Assembly (NCBI GenBank): GCA_946407745.1
Contig: CAMJPQ010000002.1
Coordinates: forward strand, 21,787 to 85,786
Origin: an uncultured Clostridia bacterium
Lineage (GTDB): Bacteria > Bacillota > Clostridia > Christensenellales > Aristaeellaceae
DNA length: 64,000 bases
Reading direction: 5' to 3'
In this document: one piece after another, positions 9,518 through 19,076 of the stretch
How positions within the stretch are numbered: the stretch's first letter is position 1
Layout: each line of letters begins with the position of its first letter
The notes under the pieces: generated by a model
The model's input: the letters and a program-made list of their open reading frames with translations, nothing else
Database searches by the model: none
Told to the model about the DNA's origin: nothing
Made by a program: the position numbers and the translations under genes

Positions 9518-11665
9518 ATGTCAACTGTGTGGTATGCTGTCATTCTCTGTGTGATTGTGGCCACCATCATCTATGTCGTGTGGAATTACCTGCGCATCAG
9601 GAGAATGCCTGAAGGTACGCCCGACATGGTGGAGATGGCCGGAATCATCCGCAGCGGTGCGAACACCTTCATGCTGACTGAATACAGGACCATCGGCATT
9701 GTGGTGGCGTTGCTGGCACTGGTTTTCAGCATGTTTGTCGAAAAAACCAGCGGCTTGACCTTCCTCATTGGCGCGCTGATGTCCTCCTGCGTATGTGTGC
9801 TGGGCATGCGCTCTGCCACCTACGCGAATGTGCGCACTGCCAACAAGGCACGCGAATCGCTCTCCATCGGTGAGACCGTGAAGGTGGCGCTGTGCGGCGG
9901 CTCCATTTCAGGCCTGAGCGTGCAGGCCTTCGGTCTGCTGGGGCTGCTGGCAGTGCTGCTGTTCTTCGGCAACGTGCAGCACGATGTGCAGGGCGGTGGA
10001 CTGATTGCTACGCTGCAGGGTGTCAACCCGACCATCATGAGAATATCCACCTATTCCCTTGGCTGTTCTCTGGTGGCAATGTTCAACCGCGTCGCGGGCG
10101 GCAATTACACAAAGGCTGCAGATATTTCCGCAGACATCCTGGCCAAGGTCCGCAACGATCTGCCTGAGGATGACTCCCGCGTGCCGAATGTCATTGCGGA
10201 CTTTATCGGTGATAATGTGAATGACATTGCCGGCAACTGCTCCGACCTGCTGGAGAGCTTTGTGGCGACTGTCTCCGCCTCCCTGATGATTGCTGTGATC
10301 CTCTTTGGCCAGTACAGGGACAAGGTGGCCGATGCTGCGGCGCTGGACGCCATGTTCGGGGCCACTACGGCCTACCCGCTGATTCTGGCCGGCCTTGGTC
10401 TGCTGGGCTGCCTGCTTGGTCTGATTTATGCCGCAGTAAAAAAGATGGGCGATAATCCATCCAGAGAGCTGAACCTTGCCACCTGGATTTCTGCCGGCAT
10501 TACGCTGGTTCTGGGCTTCTTTGGTGCCATGATCGCCTTCCGCGGCACAGACGCAGCCGTAATCAGAGATGTATATGGCTGGGCTGCCGGCTGGGTATCG
10601 CCGTGGATCTGCGCGGTGCTTGGCATCGCAAGCGGTGTGGCGATCGGTTCCATCACCGAGTATTATACCTCCACAGAATATAAACCCACCCGTTCTCTAG
10701 CTGAGATGGCTCCAGAAGGCGAGGCCTTTGTGGTGACAAAGGGAGACGCGGTTGGCTCCCGCTCCTGCCTGTTGCCTATTATGGTCATCGGCATTGCGCT
10801 GTTTGTGTCCGGCAAGCTTGCCGGCATTTACGGCGTAGCCATCGCCGCACTGGGCATGCTGGCCTTTGTCGGCGCCACTGTCTCCATTGATGCCTTTGGC
10901 CCCATTGCCGACAATGCCGGCGGGCTGGCAGAAAGCTGCCATCTGGATCCCAAGGTGCGCGTGATTACCGATAAGCTGGATGCGGTTGGCAATACAACCG
11001 CGGCCGTCGGCAAGGGCTTTGCCATCGGCTCTGCTGCGTTTGCCACTGTGTCGCTGATCGTTTCCTATGTCGGTAATTACTCACCGGAAATGACGCTGAA
11101 TATCGCTTCCTTCGTAGTGGTGGCAGGCGCGATCATCGGCGGCGCACTGGTTGAGTACTTCTCTGCCATGCTGACGGACAACACCATTGAGTCGGCCAAG
11201 CTGATGGCAGACGAGGGCGACAAACAGCTCACGCCTGAGGTGCTTGCCGGGAAAAAGACCCCAGATTACAACCGCATGATTCGCCTTGCGGCGCAGCAGG
11301 CGCTGAAGAAGATGCTTGTCCCCTCCGTACTGGCGATGGTCATTCCCGTTATCGGCGGTTTCATTTTCGGTGTGGAATTTGTGGGCGGCCTGCTGATCGG
11401 CGCCACCATCGTCGCGATTCCGCGCGCGATCTTCATGGGCAACTCCGGCGGCGCGTTTGACAATGCCAAGAAGTACATTGAATCTGGCGCACTGAAGGGG
11501 TATGGAAAGGGCAGTGCTGCACATAAGGCAGCAGTGACCGGTGATACCATTGGCGATACCCGGAAGGATGTTGTCGGCGTTGCGCTGGACATCTTCATCA
11601 AGACCATGTCTACCGTGGCCAATACATTGGTCAGCATGTTCCGCAATATCACTCTCATTCGGTAA
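9518..11665 (+). CDS. hppA: Membrane-integral (H+/Na+-translocating) pyrophosphatase
   Basis: 715 aa, polytopic. Contains GDNVNDIAG, DAFGPIADNAGG, NTTAAVGKGFAIGSAA and GDTIGDTRKD. Confidence 0.9.
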   Translation: MSTVWYAVILCVIVATIIYVVWNYLRIRRMPEGTPDMVEMAGIIRSGANTFMLTEYRTIGIVVALLALVFSMFVEKTSGLTFLIGALMSSCVCVLGMRSATYANVRTANKARESLSIGETVKVALCGGSISGLSVQAFGLLGLLAVLLFFGNVQHDVQGGGLIATLQGVNPTIMRISTYSLGCSLVAMFNRVAGGNYTKAADISADILAKVRNDLPEDDSRVPNVIADFIGDNVNDIAGNCSDLLESFVATVSASLMIAVILFGQYRDKVADAAALDAMFGATTAYPLILAGLGLLGCLLGLIYAAVKKMGDNPSRELNLATWISAGITLVLGFFGAMIAFRGTDAAVIRDVYGWAAGWVSPWICAVLGIASGVAIGSITEYYTSTEYKPTRSLAEMAPEGEAFVVTKGDAVGSRSCLLPIMVIGIALFVSGKLAGIYGVAIAALGMLAFVGATVSIDAFGPIADNAGGLAESCHLDPKVRVITDKLDAVGNTTAAVGKGFAIGSAAFATVSLIVSYVGNYSPEMTLNIASFVVVAGAIIGGALVEYFSAMLTDNTIESAKLMADEGDKQLTPEVLAGKKTPDYNRMIRLAAQQALKKMLVPSVLAMVIPVIGGFIFGVEFVGGLLIGATIVAIPRAIFMGNSGGAFDNAKKYIESGALKGYGKGSAAHKAAVTGDTIGDTRKDVVGVALDIFIKTMSTVANTLVSMFRNITLIR

Positions 11666-11673
11666 AAGAGAAT

Positions 11674-11715
11674 CCAACAACAAAGGGCAGGCGTTTGCCT
11701 GCCCTTTGTTGTTGG
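11674..11715. terminator. Bidirectional terminator between hppA and clpB (convergent)
   Basis: CCAACAACAAAGGGCAGGC and GCCTGCCCTTTGTTGTTGG form a 19-bp stem around a GTTT loop. Confidence 0.65.
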
Positions 11716-11720
11716 ATGAT

Positions 11721-14318
11721 TCACTGGATATAAAGGCCCTGAGTATCCACATCTACGTTCAGCGTTTCCCCGCTTGAAACATCACCCTGTATAATGCGGC
11801 GCGCCACCAGCGTTTCCACATGCGACTGCAGATAACGCTTCAGCGGCCTGGCACCGTAGTGGGGATCAAAGCCCTGCTCTATCACATAGTTCATGGCCTT
11901 GTCTGTCAGCGACACCTTCAGTCCTCGCTCAGCCAGGCGCTGGTTCAGCCCCTTCAGCATCAGCTCCACAATTGCGGAAATCTGCTCACGTGTCAGCGGC
12001 TTGTAATAGACGATCTCATCGATTCGATTCAGGAACTCCGGGCGGAAGTGGCTCTTCAGCAAGCGATCTACCTGTGTCCTTGCAGTGGCGGTAATCTCGC
12101 CATTCTCAATGCCGTCCAACAGGTATTCGCTGCCCAAGTTGCTTGTCATGATTAGAATGGTGTTTTTGAAATCCACCGTGCGGCCCTGGCTGTCCGTAAT
12201 GCGGCCATCATCCAGAACCTGCAGCAGCACATTGAACACATCAGGGTGCGCCTTTTCCACTTCATCAAACAGCACTACGCTGTACGGATGGCGGCGAACA
12301 GCTTCAGTGAGCTGACCGCCCTCATCGTATCCGACATATCCTGGAGGTGCTCCGATCAGGCGAGAGACGGAGAACTTCTCCATATACTCGCTCATGTCGA
12401 TACGCACCATATTCTTTTCATCGTCGAACAGCGCCTGAGCCAGTGCTTTGGCCAGCTCAGTCTTGCCGACACCGGTCGGGCCGAGGAAAAGGAAGGAGCC
12501 AAGCGGTCGGTTGGGATCCTGAATTCCTGCCCTTGACCGCAGGATGGCCTCCGCCACCTTTGTCACCGCTTCATCCTGTCCGATCACACGCTGGTGCAGT
12601 GTGTCTTCTAGACGCAGCAGCTTTTCGCGCTCCCCTTCCACAAGGCGCGCGACCGGGATACCTGTCCAGCGTCCCACAATACGGGCAATCTCTTCCTCTG
12701 TCACCTTGTCATGTAGCAGGCTGTCCTCACCCTTTGCCTCATCAGCAATTTGCTCAGCCTGCTGCAGTGCGCTTTTCAGCCTGGGAAGCTCGCCGTATTT
12801 CAGCTCTGCAGCGCGGTTCAGGTCGTACTCGCGCTCGGCTTTTTCGATCGCGGCATTTGTTTGCTCAAGCTTTTCGCGCAGGCTGTTGATCTCCGCAATG
12901 GCTTCCTTCTCACGCTCCCACCGCGCCTGCATGGCATTGAAGTGCTCACGCTCGTCAGCCAGCTGTTTTTCCACATCAGCCAGCCTTGCTTCCGAAAGCT
13001 GGTCATCATCCTTCTTCAATGCTGCCTGCTCTATCTCCAGCTGCATGATGCGCCTGCGCACATCGTCCATCTCTGTCGGCATGGAGTCGATTTCTGTTCT
13101 GATCATCGCACAGGCTTCATCCACCAGATCGATTGCCTTGTCAGGCAGGAAACGGTCTGTGATATAGCGGTTGGAAAGAGTAGCGGCAGCGATGAGGGCG
13201 CTGTCCTGAATCTTTACGCCGTGGAAGACCTCATACCGCTCCTTCAGACCGCGAAGGATGGCTACAGTGTCTTCTACCGTGGGTTCAGCCACCATAACAG
13301 GCTGGAAACGGCGCTCCAGTGCCGCATCCTTTTCGATATACTGGCGGTATTCATTCAGCGTTGTGGCACCGATACAGTGCAATTCTCCCCTAGCCAGCAT
13401 GGGCTTGAGCAGGTTGCCGGCGTCCATAGCGCCTTCCGCCTTTCCGGCTCCGACAATGGTGTGCAGCTCATCGATAAAAAGGATGATACGTCCCTGGCTC
13501 TTTTTGATTTCCGCCAGCACTGCCTTCAGGCGCTCTTCAAACTCACCCCGGAATTTGGCACCAGCAATCAGGCTGCCCATGTCAAGGCTGAAGATGGTCT
13601 TATCCTTCAGGCTGTCCGGCACGTCTCCTCTCACGATTCGCTGTGCCAGGCCTTCCGCAATGGCGGTTTTGCCGACGCCCGGTTCACCGATCAGCACAGG
13701 ATTATTCTTTGTCTTGCGGGAGAGGATGCGGATCACATTCCGAATCTCGCTGTCGCGGCCGATCACCGGATCAAGCTTGTGCTGCCGAGCCATATCCACA
13801 AGGTCACTGCCGTACTTCTTCAGGGCGTCGTAGGTCTCCTCCGGATTGTCCGTAGTTACGCGAGTGGCGCCGCGCACATCATTCAGGGCACTGAGGAAAG
13901 TGTCCTCCCGCCAGCCAAGGCGCCGCATGAGCGCGCTGACGGATCCTTTGGCGGTGCTCATCAGTCCAAGCCACAGATGCTCGACGGAAATGTAGTCGTC
14001 CTTCATCTGTCCGGCGCGCTCCTGTGCGCTCAGCAAAGCCCTGTCCAGATCCTGTGTGATATAAATCTTATCCGCTTCCCTGCCGCCGCCGTGCACAGCA
14101 GGCATTCTGTCGAGCGCCTCGGCCAGCCCTGCTGTCAGAGATGAGACAGAGAGTCCGCTCTTTTGCAGCAGCTGAGGAATCAGATCATTCTCATTTTCAG
14201 TCAGCGCATAAAGCAAATGCTCCTGGTCCACCTGCTGTTGACTGCGCTCAACTGCCAGCTGCTGTGCCCGCGCCACTGCTTCGCGGGATTTCTGGGTGAA
14301 TTTATTCATATCAGCCAT
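11721..14318 (-). CDS. clpB: ATP-dependent chaperone ClpB
   Basis: Two AAA+ modules ([18 protein letters not shown]) with a long coiled-coil middle domain. The start is set at the ATG (MADMNKF) that follows GGAGG by 8 nt. The ORF-track GTG at 14396 would run through the promoter and operator. Confidence 0.9.
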   Translation of the reverse strand: MADMNKFTQKSREAVARAQQLAVERSQQQVDQEHLLYALTENENDLIPQLLQKSGLSVSSLTAGLAEALDRMPAVHGGGREADKIYITQDLDRALLSAQERAGQMKDDYISVEHLWLGLMSTAKGSVSALMRRLGWREDTFLSALNDVRGATRVTTDNPEETYDALKKYGSDLVDMARQHKLDPVIGRDSEIRNVIRILSRKTKNNPVLIGEPGVGKTAIAEGLAQRIVRGDVPDSLKDKTIFSLDMGSLIAGAKFRGEFEERLKAVLAEIKKSQGRIILFIDELHTIVGAGKAEGAMDAGNLLKPMLARGELHCIGATTLNEYRQYIEKDAALERRFQPVMVAEPTVEDTVAILRGLKERYEVFHGVKIQDSALIAAATLSNRYITDRFLPDKAIDLVDEACAMIRTEIDSMPTEMDDVRRRIMQLEIEQAALKKDDDQLSEARLADVEKQLADEREHFNAMQARWEREKEAIAEINSLREKLEQTNAAIEKAEREYDLNRAAELKYGELPRLKSALQQAEQIADEAKGEDSLLHDKVTEEEIARIVGRWTGIPVARLVEGEREKLLRLEDTLHQRVIGQDEAVTKVAEAILRSRAGIQDPNRPLGSFLFLGPTGVGKTELAKALAQALFDDEKNMVRIDMSEYMEKFSVSRLIGAPPGYVGYDEGGQLTEAVRRHPYSVVLFDEVEKAHPDVFNVLLQVLDDGRITDSQGRTVDFKNTILIMTSNLGSEYLLDGIENGEITATARTQVDRLLKSHFRPEFLNRIDEIVYYKPLTREQISAIVELMLKGLNQRLAERGLKVSLTDKAMNYVIEQGFDPHYGARPLKRYLQSHVETLVARRIIQGDVSSGETLNVDVDTQGLYIQ

Positions 14319-14356
14319 TTTCACAGCCTCCATTTCTTTGATGATTAGAAGATCAT

Positions 14357-14373
14357 ACTGACTATCTTTGACC
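14357..14373 (-). promoter_or_regulatory. CtsR-like operator in the clpB leader
   Basis: The minus strand reads GGTCAAA-GAT-AGTCAGT, against the CtsR consensus (A/G)GTCAAA-NAN-(A/G)GTCAAA. It starts about 10 nt downstream of the -10 element. Confidence 0.45.
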
Positions 14374-14382
14374 TTCGATGTC

Positions 14383-14410
14383 ATTTTATCACACACTATG
14401 AAAATGTCAA
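14383..14410 (-). promoter_or_regulatory. Candidate clpB promoter
   Basis: The minus strand reads TTGACA (14410-14405), 16-nt spacer, TAAAAT (14388-14383). Confidence 0.45.
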
Positions 14411-14427
14411 TAGGTATTTGGTCGAAC

Positions 14428-14456
14428 TTGCATTTTTTTTATGCGGCGGTTATAAT
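14428..14456 (+). promoter_or_regulatory. Candidate promoter of the DUF4317 gene
   Basis: TTGCAT (14428-14433), 17-nt spacer, TATAAT (14451-14456). Confidence 0.45.
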
Positions 14457-14514
14457 ATCGGCTGTCCGCTGACCATTGCATGTCAGCGGTTATCAGTACA
14501 GGAGGATCATTTGA

Positions 14515-15681
14515 ATGAATCAGCGCGATCTTGCAACACTTCGCCGCAGGCTGAACCCGGAGAATCGTTTTCCTTCCCTGTTGCGCGGCTGCTATCTGAC
14601 CCCGGAGGGAGAGATTATGTCCGCCTTCGTCAAGGAAGTGGCGGCTCTGCCTCAGGATGAATACGAGAAATACCTTGCAATCTTCAAAAAAATTTATTCC
14701 GGTACGCAGGGGCAGAACATGCTGCCCGTTCCGCTTGGCACAAACGCCGGTATGGAGGACGAAGCGCAGCAGCTTCTTCTGAGGCTGAGCAATTCCTCGC
14801 TGAGGGATGACGAGGCGATTGATCTGCTTTTCGGTCAGGTGATCGAGAGCGTCCATGCGGAGGCAGAGGCGCGCGCTCAGTCAATTGATGAGACGCGCAA
14901 GGCAGACAACCGCCTGGTGCTGCTGCTCGGTGACACGATTGACCTGCGTCACCGCCGCTCTGACGGCGAAGAGGATCCTGACCGCTCCGAGACACAGTTC
15001 AGCTATATTCTGTGCGCTGTATGCCCTGTCAAACCGACAAAGCCTACGCTCGCCTGGTGCGCGGATGATCAGGATTTTGTCGCAAAGCCGGAAAACTGGA
15101 CAGTCTCCTCTCCCGAGATGGGATTTCTCTTCCCCGCAATGGAAGAAGGCGGCGCGGACATCGGCTGTGCCATGCTGTATACAAAAAGCGCCGAGAATAC
15201 CCATGAGGGCTTTGTACGGAAAGTCTTTCAGTGTGAGCCGCTGCAGGCCGCCGACGATCAGCGTTCCACTGTGCAGGATGTACTGACCACCGCCCTGGCC
15301 GAGGAATGCTCGCTGGATGTGGTGCAGGCGGTGCACGAGCAGCTGACTGTCATGCTTGCTGAACAGAAAGAGGATAAGCAGGCGGAGCCGCTGCAGCTTT
15401 CGCGGAAGGACATGCGCGAGGTGCTGGAGGGAGCTGGCGTTTCACAGGAAAAGGCGGAGGCCTTTGAGCAGGGCTTCACAGACGCCTTTGGTTCTTACGG
15501 TCAGATTCCGGCTGTCAATGTGATGCCGACACGGCAGTACAAGGTCTCCACACCGGATGTGACCATCACTGTAGCGCCTGACAAGAGCGAGCTGGTGCAG
15601 ACACGCATGATTGACGGCCTTCGTTATATCCTCATACGCGCCGAGGGCGGTGTGGAAGTCAACGGCATTCCCGTAGTATAA
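14515..15681 (+). CDS. DUF4317-family protein (function unknown)
   Basis: 388 aa. The N-terminus LRRRLNPEN....LRGCYLTPEGEI...LPQDEYEKYLAIFKK resembles the DUF4317 family as I recall it. AGGAGG RBS. Confidence 0.55.
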   Translation: MNQRDLATLRRRLNPENRFPSLLRGCYLTPEGEIMSAFVKEVAALPQDEYEKYLAIFKKIYSGTQGQNMLPVPLGTNAGMEDEAQQLLLRLSNSSLRDDEAIDLLFGQVIESVHAEAEARAQSIDETRKADNRLVLLLGDTIDLRHRRSDGEEDPDRSETQFSYILCAVCPVKPTKPTLAWCADDQDFVAKPENWTVSSPEMGFLFPAMEEGGADIGCAMLYTKSAENTHEGFVRKVFQCEPLQAADDQRSTVQDVLTTALAEECSLDVVQAVHEQLTVMLAEQKEDKQAEPLQLSRKDMREVLEGAGVSQEKAEAFEQGFTDAFGSYGQIPAVNVMPTRQYKVSTPDVTITVAPDKSELVQTRMIDGLRYILIRAEGGVEVNGIPVV

Positions 15682-15694
15682 CAGCGCAGCAATG

Positions 15695-15728
15695 AAAACT
15701 GGCCATCCAGTCGGGTGACCAGTTTTTT
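15695..15728. terminator. Bidirectional terminator between convergent genes
   Basis: AAAACTGG (15695-15702) pairs with CCAGTTTT (15719-15726), flanked by an A-run and a T-run. Confidence 0.5.
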
Positions 15729-15765
15729 CTGTATTCAACAGCATACAGAGCAGTGCAATAGTAGG

Positions 15766-17226
15766 TCAATTGCCTGTTGATTCCCTCAATGCGGGCATCT
15801 CATCCAGGGTGATCACATAGTCACTGTCATAGGCCTTTTTCAGTATTTCCTTTTCAGTGTAAGCTTCGGAATACCAGTGGCCCTGCACAACAAAGCTTCC
15901 GCTCCAGCTGCAGAACCAGGCCCAGCGGGCGTTGGTTTCAAAGGCCTTGTCCACGTCGAACACCACACCGTTTTCCGTCAGGGCAATGATTTTATTCTCA
16001 TCGGAATAACCGGTGAGCTCAAGGAATTTCCCGTTTTGCGCGCCATAGCTGTGGGCAGATGCGTAGATGTCCTCTCCTATGATGTCCACACAGTCATCCC
16101 CGGGGTACCATTCCGCGCTCTGGCCGTTCCACACCCAGATGAGATTGTTGCAATGATACACATCGGTCAATTGCTCGTACAGATAGCGCCACAGTGCCTT
16201 ATAGGCTTCAGCGCCTCTTGCGCCCCACCAGAACCAGCCGCCGCTTGCCTCATGCAGCGGGCGCCACAGCACGGGAACACCGGCTTCACCAAGGCGGTTC
16301 AGCTGCGCGGCGATCGCGGCAATATCCCCGTCCAGCACGGCTTTTGCCGCCGGGTTATTCCCATACAGCGCCTCCGTAAAGTCATAAGTGCAGTTTGCGG
16401 TATAGAAGCCACCCCACCAGTTTGGATTCCCGTTGGCGTCCTTTCCTTCCTTGATGGTGTCCCAGGGAGCGGACCAGTGCCAGCAGAAGGTCACGATGCC
16501 GCCGGCCTGATGAAACTCAATCGCCCGCTCCACCGCGGTCGACCGCGCGCCATGATCGATGCGCACAGGGGTATAGTCCATCATATCCAGGCCGAGTATG
16601 GCGGGATACTTGCCGGTCACTTCATGAATGGCATTGAATTCAGTGCCTTTCAGTCCGCCGTCACAGACCTGACCGGACAGGATAAAGTTTCCGTATGCGC
16701 TGCGCAGCAGGCTGTAAAGCTCCTGCGCCTCTTTTGAAGCAGACGGATTGATCAGATCAGCTGTGACATCAAACACAGAATCCGGGATGCCTTCAGTTGA
16801 ACTCACGGTGAGGCAGTCCAGATAGATCCAGCCCCAGCTTTTAACCACTGCAACTGAATGTGTTCCCTTGCTCAGCGGCACCGCGGCCAGCACACAGTCC
16901 TCATAGGTGACACCGCTGACGGAAAAGCTACCAGCCTCCTGGTCATCCACAAAAACCAGGTTAGTCTTTCCGCCGCCGATGCCCCTGCAGGTAAACGTCA
17001 GGTTGTAGATGCCGTCCTCCGGCGCTTCCACAAGGAATACGACGGTATCGGCGTCGTGCTCGAAGACACCCACAGCATTCTGCCCTGAGGCTGAAAGATC
17101 CCACTGGATTCGATTCGCACCGTTCACCTCAGCTTTCTCAGCCTCATAAACCACACCATCAGCGTGTGCGCCGGCAGCCAATGAGAGGCTAAGAAGGAAC
17201 ATGGTCACGAGCATTGCTTTAGTCAC
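15766..17226 (-). CDS. Secreted glycoside hydrolase family 26 (beta-mannanase-like) with an N-terminal carbohydrate-binding module
   Basis: Signal peptide MTKAMLVTMFLLSLSLAAGAHA. CBM6/35-like VYEAEKAEVNG... region. GH26-type WHWSAPW and LWRPLHEASGGWFWWG. Confidence 0.7.
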   Translation of the reverse strand: MTKAMLVTMFLLSLSLAAGAHADGVVYEAEKAEVNGANRIQWDLSASGQNAVGVFEHDADTVVFLVEAPEDGIYNLTFTCRGIGGGKTNLVFVDDQEAGSFSVSGVTYEDCVLAAVPLSKGTHSVAVVKSWGWIYLDCLTVSSTEGIPDSVFDVTADLINPSASKEAQELYSLLRSAYGNFILSGQVCDGGLKGTEFNAIHEVTGKYPAILGLDMMDYTPVRIDHGARSTAVERAIEFHQAGGIVTFCWHWSAPWDTIKEGKDANGNPNWWGGFYTANCTYDFTEALYGNNPAAKAVLDGDIAAIAAQLNRLGEAGVPVLWRPLHEASGGWFWWGARGAEAYKALWRYLYEQLTDVYHCNNLIWVWNGQSAEWYPGDDCVDIIGEDIYASAHSYGAQNGKFLELTGYSDENKIIALTENGVVFDVDKAFETNARWAWFCSWSGSFVVQGHWYSEAYTEKEILKKAYDSDYVITLDEMPALRESTGN

Positions 17227-17240
17227 GACTGAATCCCCCT

Positions 17241-18017
17241 TTATTCTTTAATGGATTTTCCTTCAAGGGTCTGGTTTTCCCACTCTTTGGGAGAAGTGGT
17301 GTCCCTGCCATCATAGACCTCAGGATAGAGACCGGCTGTTGAATACCGCTCACCTGCAGCCCATAGGTGGCTCTGATCTCCATAGGACATGCACCGCCAC
17401 ACCACTTCACCTTTGACTCTTTCCTCTGTCACCAGTGTTGTCACGGATGAGGGCTGCATACAGAATCCCTGCCAGAGCAAAACAGGCGATATCTCCGCCA
17501 GATAGGCAAGCATCGCGGTTGCGATACCGAAGTGGCAGAACACGAGAATGTATCCTTCCGTATTGTTCTTACACGTATAAACAGGGCCGTTCCGTACAAA
17601 GCCGTTTTCCGCCAGCAGGCTGTCGGTGCCCTCCTTTGTTTCCTGCCAGATCTCAGCGCTGCGTGAGTCTGTCAGAAGCGGCGCGGTGACCCATTGGTCC
17701 CGATCGTACAGCTGCGATTGCGGCTTCCAGGTTCTTGGCCGAAAATCCCACGTCACGGTTCGCCGCATCTTGTCCGGATCGAAGGAGGAGGCGCGGAATT
17801 CTCTCAGCCAGTCGCGCACCTGTGCGGAATGGCCGGTCAGGGCCTCATAAGGGGCAGCAGTGTCTCTGGCCCGACCCAGAGGCGAGGTGTAAACAGATTT
17901 AACAGGGGAAAGCTGCGCGAGGCGGTGCGCAAGCAGCTCAGCCTCTACCCTGCCTTTGGCAGTCAGTGAGTCGATCGAGTAATCGGGCTCGGCGTGTCTG
18001 ATCAGCAGCAGCTTCAA
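17241..18017 (-). CDS. Histidine phosphatase (phosphoglycerate mutase-like) family protein
   Basis: N-terminal LLLIRHAEPDY (RHG motif), SPLGRARDTA and a later CHFG histidine. Confidence 0.75.
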   Translation of the reverse strand: MKLLLIRHAEPDYSIDSLTAKGRVEAELLAHRLAQLSPVKSVYTSPLGRARDTAAPYEALTGHSAQVRDWLREFRASSFDPDKMRRTVTWDFRPRTWKPQSQLYDRDQWVTAPLLTDSRSAEIWQETKEGTDSLLAENGFVRNGPVYTCKNNTEGYILVFCHFGIATAMLAYLAEISPVLLWQGFCMQPSSVTTLVTEERVKGEVVWRCMSYGDQSHLWAAGERYSTAGLYPEVYDGRDTTSPKEWENQTLEGKSIKE

Positions 18018-18116
18018 GTGTTCACCTCCCGGATTTGGTTAGGATTTCATGAGAAATGCCCTTTTTGAGGAAAAACGTGGTATAATGATAGCCGCCACCC
18101 GGAAAGGAGGGATCCC

Positions 18117-18563
18117 ATGCAGGAGAATCAAACCGTTTCCAGGCCGAAGCAGCTTTGGAACACTGCGCTGAAGGCAGTGAAGGGAGACAATACCAACGAG
18201 CTGGTGGAGCAGTTTACCGCAGAGATGACCCTCGTAGCGGAGGGGCTGTGCGAGGATCAAAGCCGTGTGCGCAGTCAGGTGGAAGCCCTGCAGACACAGG
18301 CTGATCGGTCAGAGCAGCGCTTGCGGAGCGAAATGGAAGCACTGGAGCGCACCATAGAGGAAAACGAGCGGGATACATCGGAGAAGCTGGATACGCTCAG
18401 CCGCAGATTGGACGCCATTGAAAAGCGTGCCAGGGAAGCGAAGGAATCCGCGGATAAGAAGGACAGGCTTTTTTCAACCGGGTGGATGCGACAGGCAACC
18501 CTGCTGGTGGCCATTGCAGTCGGCGGCTGGGTGCTGGTGACAGTGCTGAATCTTCTCAAATAA
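18117..18563 (+). CDS. Coiled-coil protein with a C-terminal TM anchor (hypothetical)
   Basis: 148 aa. Charged heptad-like middle region (EALQTQADRSEQRLRSEMEALERTIEENERD...). C-terminal LLVAIAVGGWVLVTVLNLL. AAAGGAGGGA RBS. TGgTATAAT extended -10 at about 18078-18086. Confidence 0.5.
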   Translation: MQENQTVSRPKQLWNTALKAVKGDNTNELVEQFTAEMTLVAEGLCEDQSRVRSQVEALQTQADRSEQRLRSEMEALERTIEENERDTSEKLDTLSRRLDAIEKRAREAKESADKKDRLFSTGWMRQATLLVAIAVGGWVLVTVLNLLK

Positions 18564-18577
18564 GGAGGGATGCCACG

Positions 18578-19072
18578 GTGAAAACCTATCGCGAAATGGT
18601 AGACAGCTATCGCCGCCGCCAGAGAGACACCGTTGTGGACACCCTGGCGACAGGACTGACCTATATGGATGAAATTGCCGTCGAAAGCGGCCTGCTTGAG
18701 GAAACCGGCCTGCTGACAGAGCTGACCGGCACCGTATGCGGCGCGCTTCCCTTTGTCATCATAGCCGCGACGGAAGGCACCAAGATCATACTTGGCCGCA
18801 AGCCCTCGAAAACCGGCGTGCAGGACGGCGCGTTCCGTATGGCGAAGACCGGAGCGGCCATTGGTGTAGGGGCTGCAGTGACTGCGGCGGCGGGCTTCTG
18901 GGCGGCTATTCCTGCGACCATGGGCGTCAGAGCGCTGTTTGACAGATACAAGAGCAAGGCACTGACGAATGTGAGGGTTCAGGGGCGAATCCACCGCCTT
19001 CAGGAACTGAACGCGTCGCTGCGCCCTGAACCCGTCACAGACGAAACCTATGCCATTGCCACTGTCGAATAG
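18578..19072 (+). CDS. Hypothetical protein with glycine/alanine-zipper hydrophobic segments
   Basis: GTG at 18578 follows AAGGAGGGA by 7 nt, just after the upstream stop. Contains GAAIGVGAAVTAAAGFWAAIPATMG. No family recognised. Confidence 0.45.
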   Translation: MKTYREMVDSYRRRQRDTVVDTLATGLTYMDEIAVESGLLEETGLLTELTGTVCGALPFVIIAATEGTKIILGRKPSKTGVQDGAFRMAKTGAAIGVGAAVTAAAGFWAAIPATMGVRALFDRYKSKALTNVRVQGRIHRLQELNASLRPEPVTDETYAIATVE

Positions 19073-19076
19073 TGCC

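Noticed and set aside
6927-9524. 865-aa uninterrupted ORF on the minus strand covering all of gyrA
   Set aside because: It is exactly antisense to a gene with unmistakable GyrA motifs. Its translation is Arg/His/Gln/Leu/Ala-rich with no motifs, RBS or promoter. This is a typical shadow ORF of a GC-rich, codon-biased gene.
12544-14144. Long plus-strand ORFs (207 and 464 aa) inside clpB
   Set aside because: They are antisense to ClpB, which has both AAA+ signatures. The compositions (Ser/Arg/Cys-rich) are non-protein-like and there are no start signals.
14319-14396. N-terminal extensions suggested by the ORF track for clpB. The same applies to 29700-29720 ppaC, 44765-44794, 45531-45548, 40601-40654, 58545-58583, 60993-61193, 34995-35051 and 36904-36945.
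   Set aside because: In each case an internal ATG or GTG has a properly spaced GGAGG-type RBS and matches the usual family N-terminus. The extension has no RBS or overlaps promoter, terminator or upstream-gene sequence.
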